NCBI RefSeq assembly: GCF_964204645.1
Contig: NC_134034.1
Span: 11,792,962 to 11,856,961 of the forward strand
Length of the DNA stretch: 64,000 bases
Source of the DNA: Tubulanus polymorphus
Taxonomy: Eukaryota; Animalia; Nemertea
Direction: 5' to 3'
The notes under the pieces are model-generated. The model was not told the origin of the DNA and ran no database searches. It was given only the letters and a program-made list of their open reading frames with translations. Both the position numbers and the translations under genes were made by a program. Position 1 is the first letter of the stretch. Each line of letters begins with the position of its first letter. This document shows positions 61,201-64,000 of the stretch, one piece after another.

Positions 61201-63960
61201 CCACATGAAACCTCGGAAGTACTGAAGAAAAAGAAATTTCAAAGGCGTGAAAATTGTGATGAATTTGATTCAAATGATGGTCGATTGAAAAAAAAAACAA
61301 ATTCGTGAGAAAATCGTGAGATTGAAAATTGAGATGAACATAACTTTCACAAGTTACTAGATTGAAAATAAAGACGGACATATCAAAATCAAATTTGTTT
61401 TATTAAAAATTGTGAAAAAACACAGAGGAGGACTGGAAATAAATTTTCCGAATTCTGGGAGGCGGTGCTCCAAGTAATTAAAAAAGGCCTATGTAAGAAT
61501 TGGAGTTGTAGTTGGAGAGGGCAACAGAATAAATGAGAATATACCGAACCGTCCGCCGTACGATGTATTACCTTTATCACAGTGTTCGCCGGTCCAGCCT
61601 TCACAACAGTGGTTAATCTTAATCTTACGGTTATTGAACCGAATTTCAGGTCTTGTCACCGTCCTAGAATAAAACACACACAAATTACGTGAGAAATTAA
61701 CGATTTACGATGCGAACAAGTAATCTATGTGGAAGGACCCGAAAAAAAATGCAAATGAATTTCTATTTGAATTGAAAATGAAACATTTATATATGGAAGG
61801 AGCGAAAAATCAATTTTCTATCAAAATTGAAAATGGATTTTATTTTTAAAGTTTTTACCAAAAAAAATCTTTAAAAAAATCTATTTGTTCGTTCCAATCT
61901 TTTGTAAACAAGGGGCCGTTTTTAAACTTACATCATACGTACTTGTATGGAAGGAGCGAAAATCCATTTTCGATCGCGAATTTTATTTAGAGATATATTT
62001 ACCAAAAAAAGACCATAATTTTGTAGATTATTTCGTAGATAAGGGCCATTCTTTAGACGCAGCTAGCTACATATAACACCAATCAATAAAACTGATCCCT
62101 GAATCTAATTTAGCATGAATAAAAAGATGAAAAAAATAAAAGTTAATCATTTCATTAGATCATACGTACTGTTGTACTGTGCAGAGCTTCCGCCCGGAAT
62201 CCCAGATGATCTGGAATTTTTCCGGGGTTCTTTTGGCCCGTTCACAATTGAAGTACTCCATCAGTTCCTTGTGTTCGACGTCTTTTCGTTCGCGCACGAG
62301 CATCGTTTTGTATTTCGGACAAAAATGGCCGCTCCTTATCGGGATCTGATCGGCTTCAATTTTGTGCGCTAGAATTGAGTCGTCTCTGAAAGACACGGAG
62401 AGATCGTGGGATTTAGACGGGGAAGTCTAGAAATGTTGAACAAAAATAAAAACTACCGAACAGACGCCACCGTCGGATGCAAATATAAGTTATTGTACAA
62501 AACAGGCTGTAATTGGACAGTTTTCCCAATGATGCGGGACAATAGGTTTTAGAAACAGGTGCCATTCTATCTAGACTTAATCATTTGTCAAATTACTCCA
62601 AGATCTTGACAAGCGGCCCGATGAAAATAGAATAACATAAGGGCGGGGTCGAAACAAAGTGATATCATTATTTGTTGCATTTGAAGGCTCAAAGCTTTGC
62701 TGATATGGATGATGTTGGAAATCACTGTTGAGTCCAAAGCCTTTAGGGCAAGTTTTTAAAGACCAGTTTCAACTTAAACCCAGTGCGCTAACTCAATTGG
62801 GTTAACCTCCTCGATCCAGTTCCACTTTTCGGCTTAAGAGTTAACTCATCGAAAATGAACTGAATTTGTGGAACTGATCCTGGGGCCGGTTTTATAGACT
62901 GGGGTTAACTTTTTTAACCCAGGCGCGTTCATTTTCAATTGAGTTAACCCCGGGATTAAAGCTGATACCAGTCTATAAAACCGACCCCGGCTTAAGGTTG
63001 ATACTAGGCTATGAAAACGCCCCGTATTTTCCGGAAGGTTACGAAACTGTTGAAGTGAAACAGTCGAAGAAGACTGGATCAACACTGTTGATAATAATAA
63101 ATAACGTTACGAATTCCACATTTCACTTCTACAGAACAAAAATTGGTTTCGATCAAAAATAATATCATTTTTATACATATATATTTTCCGATGAAGTATT
63201 AGTTCAAAATTTGTGGCGACATATGTTCGAAATCTGAAACGTTTAATTGTAATTAGATGCCGTTGAGTTTTTTTCGTCTGCAACATGTGACCGAAGTAAA
63301 AACATGTGCTAAAACGTATTGTATAGGAAAGAAATCAGCGCTTAAACACATCGGGTGAACACTCAGTTAATACGGTACGTGAGCGTGTTTGCAGAATTGT
63401 TATTGATTGAAAAAGTCCTACGCTCTAAAAAAAAAAAAACATTGAATGATTTCAAAATTTCCTCCGATATAAGATATAAGAACCAACTATACAAATTAAA
63501 ACCGTTATTAAAACTGAAAAAAAACTGATATATTTTCAAATCTTTAATCATCGTAGGTGAATTCAAAGTTGGGTTTGTGTGAATCGGTGTGCGCTGGGGG
63601 ATCACAGATTTTATAAGCCTTCATTAGCTTCATCTAATCTCCTGCACCCAGTTCCACAGTTGTGAGTTAGAGTTAACTCTGAGTTAAAGTTAGTTCATTT
63701 TCAATGTTTTAACCCAGGGTCAAATCTTAACTCAGAACTGTGGAACTGGACCCAGCACATTATATTCAAATATTTCATATGTGTATATTCTCGTATATCT
63801 CTGGTAATTTACGACGTAATGTTGTAATTTATTGTGGAAATAAAATTATTATTGAATTATCATTATTAATTGTTATAATATAGAAAGTGATTATTTTAAA
63901 ACTGATTATGGCTCACGCTAGTTACGCCGGTATACGTGCGACGTGACGTCGAATGCCACT
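1..63960 (-). CDS. Giant multi-exon mucin/SCO-spondin/hemolectin-like VWD protein gene (partial at both ends; about 95-100 exons, about 10,000 aa in window)
   Basis: Chain of minus-strand exons with AG acceptors, GT donors and compatible phases. They encode EMI, EGF, three VWD-C8-TIL assemblies, VWC, LDLa, discoidin-like domains and PTS repeats. Confidence 0.92.
1437..1817. mobile_element. Foldback-like MITE with internal inverted minisatellite and 6-bp TSD
   Basis: TIRs TACGGAAGCCCCTAGGTGACATA..; GATTTG on both flanks; internal AAGTCGAATTTCG repeats flip orientation at the centre. Confidence 0.88.
2657..2961 (-). CDS. PTS microexon (2908-2961) and small Cys-rich exon (2657-2812)
   Basis: [37 protein letters not shown]; phase 1-1. 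Confidence 0.7.
3229..3894 (-). CDS. PTS plus Lys-rich discoidin-like domain exon (paralog of 7985-8491)
   Basis: [25 protein letters not shown]. Confidence 0.85.
4195..6975 (-). CDS. 2,781-nt mucin PTS exon: 21-nt TTVGTPGT-type units with 11 [12 protein letters not shown] spacers
   Basis: 940-aa ORF; tttAG acceptor, GTATGC donor; length divisible by 3. Confidence 0.92.
7437..7469 (-). CDS. 33-nt PTS microexon ([11 protein letters not shown])
   Basis: ttttAG acceptor, GTAAGT donor; phase 1-1. Confidence 0.7.
7985..8491 (-). CDS. PTS plus Lys-rich discoidin-like domain exon
   Basis: [26 protein letters not shown]; SxDG motif. Confidence 0.85.
9109..9981 (-). CDS. Highly degenerate Cys-bounded beta domain (exons 9722-9981, 9109-9229)
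   Basis: VCTEG...SIVITF..|..VTLEVCHK; same Cys-to-Cys layout as the other discoidin-like copies. Confidence 0.7.
10494..14184 (-). CDS. VWC/TIL-like and PTS exons (14069-14184, 13513-13663, 13191-13365, 12321-12652, 12015-12093, 11783-11878, 11182-11334, 10494-10601)
   Basis: [44 protein letters not shown]; GT-AG boundaries in phase. Confidence 0.82.
11492..11745. mobile_element. PIF/Harbinger-type MITE
   Basis: TIR AGCCGCGATCACACG; TTA on both flanks; subterminal GGCCAAATTTGGC repeats. Confidence 0.8.
12780..13162. repeat. Intronic 66-bp minisatellite, about 6 copies
   Basis: TACCACCAGG recurs at 12791, 12857, 12923, 12989, 13055 and 13121. Confidence 0.92.
15053..15333 (-). CDS. Cys-rich (TIL-like) exon, phase 1 to 0
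   Basis: [35 protein letters not shown]; ttacAG acceptor, GTAAGT donor. Confidence 0.72.
15486..15625. mobile_element. Short MITE (GGGGCC(A/G)GTT... family)
   Basis: GGGGCCGGTTCCATAGT ... ACTATGTAACTGGCCCC; related copies near 41510, 45290, 55110-55520 and 62882-62988. Confidence 0.65.
15942..16228 (-). CDS. Cys-rich (TIL-like) exon, phase 1 to 0
   Basis: [46 protein letters not shown]; tttcAG acceptor, GTAAGT donor. Confidence 0.75.
16905..17045. repeat. ~34-bp tandem repeat, about 4 copies
   Basis: ATGTTCAATTAAGGGTTATTTGCAATGTAGCAGTT-like units. Confidence 0.8.
17064..17885 (-). CDS. Microexon (17862-17885) and VWC-like exons (17562-17734, 17064-17145)
   Basis: [20 protein letters not shown]..|..VTGCCDC; phases consistent. 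Confidence 0.8.
18049..18781 (-). CDS. Cassette 9 (divergent terminal exon C, 18049-18141)
   Basis: Exons A and B as in the other copies; exon C diverged. Confidence 0.88.
18870..19678 (-). CDS. Cassette 8
   Basis: Near-identical copy. Confidence 0.88.
19767..20565 (-). CDS. Cassette 7
   Basis: Near-identical copy with a 10-bp intron deletion. Confidence 0.88.
20654..21394 (-). CDS. Cassette 6 (divergent variant)
   Basis: [27 protein letters not shown]; open frame, splice sites intact. Confidence 0.88.
21483..22291 (-). CDS. Cassette 5
   Basis: Near-identical copy. Confidence 0.88.
22380..23188 (-). CDS. Cassette 4
   Basis: Near-identical copy. Confidence 0.88.
23277..24055 (-). CDS. Cassette 3
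   Basis: Copy with two fewer 15-nt units. Confidence 0.88.
24144..24877 (-). CDS. Cassette 2 (short exon C)
   Basis: Copy of cassette 1 with five fewer 15-nt units. Confidence 0.88.
24966..25774 (-). CDS. Cassette 1: discoidin-like exon A (25503-25774), exon B (25217-25391), GTTPP exon C (24966-25124)
   Basis: [28 protein letters not shown] | ..[15 protein letters not shown] | [10 protein letters not shown]. Confidence 0.9.
25851..25973 (-). CDS. PTS exon preceding the cassette array
   Basis: [19 protein letters not shown]...; splice sites; phase 1-1. Confidence 0.8.
26311..34575 (-). CDS. Giant 8,265-nt exon: ~33-aa PTS tandem repeats with three embedded discoidin-like domains (~30621-31039, ~28887-29305, 26311-26749)
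   Basis: Uninterrupted 2766-aa ORF; ttttttcCAG acceptor and GTAAGT donor; length divisible by 3. Confidence 0.93.
31300..34480 (-). repeat. Coding minisatellite, ~99-bp (96-99) unit [33 protein letters not shown]
   Basis: Periodic repeat visible in DNA and protein; more degenerate copies at ~27100-28500 and ~29550-30260. Confidence 0.9.
35554..36323 (-). CDS. 30-nt PTS microexon (36294-36323) and discoidin-like domain exon (35554-36015)
   Basis: [38 protein letters not shown]. Confidence 0.85.
37009..40168 (-). CDS. Three tandem two-exon units: 87-nt PTS exon plus ~445-nt discoidin-like domain exon (40082-40168/39240-39683; 38712-38798/38047-38496; 37749-37835/37009-37449)
   Basis: Paralogous translations sharing [30 protein letters not shown] and VFxCxE; all exons phase 1-1. 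Confidence 0.88.
40660..43528 (-). CDS. TIL/VWC-like, LDL-receptor class A and VWC exons (43428-43528, 42969-43088, 42809-42854, 42167-42453, 41721-41819, 41214-41268, 40660-40719)
   Basis: LDLa motif [17 protein letters not shown]; [21 protein letters not shown]; GT-AG boundaries in phase. Confidence 0.85.
43156..43232. repeat. (AACAAT)n/(AAT)n microsatellite
   Basis: Direct observation. Confidence 0.9.
43974..44975 (-). CDS. Discoidin/FA58C-like domain plus TIL start (exons 44665-44975, 43974-44310)
   Basis: C...[24 protein letters not shown]|[20 protein letters not shown], the FA58C-like pattern. Confidence 0.75.
45034..45285. mobile_element. MITE (CAGGxxCGGATCCA termini) nested at the end of another MITE
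   Basis: CAGGCACGGATCCA ... TGGATCCGCACCTG; CAGGG on both flanks. Confidence 0.65.
45712..47231 (-). CDS. PTS linker, TIL and VWC exons (47163-47231, 46722-46954, 46082-46180, 45712-45820)
   Basis: [31 protein letters not shown]. Confidence 0.85.
47373..50437 (-). CDS. Third D assembly VWD3-C8-TIL-E (exons 50064-50437, 49296-49591, 48441-48600, 48036-48251, 47535-47634, 47373-47443)
   Basis: [30 protein letters not shown] and [26 protein letters not shown], the classic D3 signature. Confidence 0.93.
48643..49260. repeat. Intronic tandem repeat (49-bp units decaying to ~40-bp units) interrupted by a palindromic element
   Basis: GGTCCACAGTCAAA recurs on both sides of the insertion. Confidence 0.75.
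48800..49074. mobile_element. Palindromic MITE with ~120-bp TIRs
   Basis: CAATAAGGGTTATAGGCCTAACGTTCGTTACCGGAAGTAGG... and its reverse complement. Confidence 0.85.
50518..50559 (+). ncRNA. Possible minimal hammerhead ribozyme / Penelope-like element remnant
   Basis: acac-CTGACGA-N19-GAAA-CG-TC-gtgt followed by AATAAA; stem II weak. Confidence 0.4.
50917..51210 (-). CDS. Exon: E module end plus TIL-E (D'-like)
   Basis: [44 protein letters not shown]. Confidence 0.9.
51637..55077 (-). CDS. Second D assembly VWD2-C8-TIL-E (exons 54790-55077, 54146-54400, 52996-53174, 52231-52419, 51875-51996, 51637-51752)
   Basis: [14 protein letters not shown] and [16 protein letters not shown]; C8 ...[10 protein letters not shown]; [21 protein letters not shown]; phases consistent. 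Confidence 0.92.
53390..53670. mobile_element. Dispersed repeat; second copy at ~58625-58870
   Basis: Shared CTACTGTGG..GGATTCC.CTTATGG.AAGCGAGG..CCAGG..TCGGGAGCCT. Confidence 0.65.
53672..54090 (-). mobile_element. 5'-truncated non-LTR retrotransposon (LINE) 3' end
   Basis: ORF2 C-terminal CCHC knuckle [19 protein letters not shown], then AATAAA and an (ATCGTA)n tail. Confidence 0.75.
54458..54730. mobile_element. Dispersed repeat, inverted relative to the copy at ~56030-56355
   Basis: CCGCCAATATTGATGACGTAGTGCACATCGACTC versus GAGTCGATGCGCACTACGTCATCAATATTGGCG. Confidence 0.75.
55160..55480. repeat. ~46-bp tandem repeat inside a MITE
   Basis: GATTGGCTATAGAACCAAAACGAGCTTAGACTGG repeated. 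Confidence 0.8.
55714..58556 (-). CDS. First D assembly VWD1-C8-TIL-E (exons 58351-58556, 57809-57956, 57393-57640, 56633-56864, 55714-55957)
   Basis: HFITFDG and [16 protein letters not shown]; C8 [27 protein letters not shown]; [22 protein letters not shown]. Confidence 0.92.
56940..57060 (-). mobile_element. tRNA-derived SINE fragment
   Basis: A box GTGGCCGAGTGG and B box GTTTCGAATCC, then the CCCTCCACCCA..AAATG.GTACC core typical of metazoan core-SINEs. Confidence 0.7.
58992..59027 (-). CDS. 36-nt linker microexon ([12 protein letters not shown])
   Basis: ttatttcAG acceptor, GTGAGT donor; phase 1-1. Confidence 0.65.
59443..60926 (-). CDS. Four exons encoding five EGF-like repeats (60828-60926, 60285-60476, 59822-59926, 59443-59550)
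   Basis: Translations such as [30 protein letters not shown] and [29 protein letters not shown]; phase 1-1 GT-AG exons. Confidence 0.9.
61572..61663 (-). CDS. Exon: EMI domain C-terminus ([16 protein letters not shown])
   Basis: CCxGWxGxxC EMI signature; canonical splice sites. Confidence 0.85.
62170..62426 (-). CDS. Exon: EMI-like domain, first part ([11 protein letters not shown]...YFNC...KLCTVQ)
   Basis: Strong polypyrimidine acceptor; CA|GTACGT donor is in phase with the next exon; Cys spacing fits an EMI domain. Confidence 0.75.
63642..63755. mobile_element. Short palindromic MITE (CCAGTTCCACAGTT...AACTGTGGAACTGG); relatives at ~41030, 49626-49745, 52608-52717, 59285-59372, 62810-62880
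   Basis: Terminal inverted repeats and multiple dispersed copies. Confidence 0.75.
63917..63960 (-). CDS. Putative small N-terminal exon ([14 protein letters not shown])
   Basis: ttgtttAG acceptor, GTGAGC donor; ends in phase 0, matching the next exon. Confidence 0.4.
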
Positions 63961-64000
63961 CTAAACAATATCATTTTGATTGATAATAATAACGGTGTTG

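Noticed and set aside
47373-62426. Assigning a gene symbol (SSPO, MUC2/MUC5, VWF, Hml)
   Set aside because: The architecture is a mosaic (no TSP1 repeats, a single LDLa and no VWA seen in the window); orthology needs phylogeny.

Overview
Eukaryotic, AT-rich genomic DNA, probably from an invertebrate. The whole window lies inside one giant intron-rich gene on the minus strand, truncated at both ends: the start codon and signal peptide lie beyond position 64000 and the gene runs off position 1. Manual GT-AG exon tracing gives about 95-100 exons and about 30 kb of coding sequence (about 10,000 aa in this window alone). The product is a gel-forming-mucin / SCO-spondin / hemolectin-like mosaic protein. 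Domain order: EMI, 5 EGF, [VWD-C8-TIL-E]x2, TIL-E, VWD(GDPH)-C8-TIL-E, then TIL/VWC/LDLa modules. These are followed by about 20 degenerate Cys-bounded discoidin (FA58C)-like domains alternating with Pro/Thr/Ser repeats. That region includes an 8,265-nt exon and a 9-copy, near-identical 3-exon cassette array. The introns carry MITEs, a tRNA-derived SINE, a LINE 3' end, a possible Penelope-type hammerhead remnant and minisatellites. The long plus-strand ORFs are antisense shadows of the PTS repeats. Domain names come from motif recognition by eye, not database searches.
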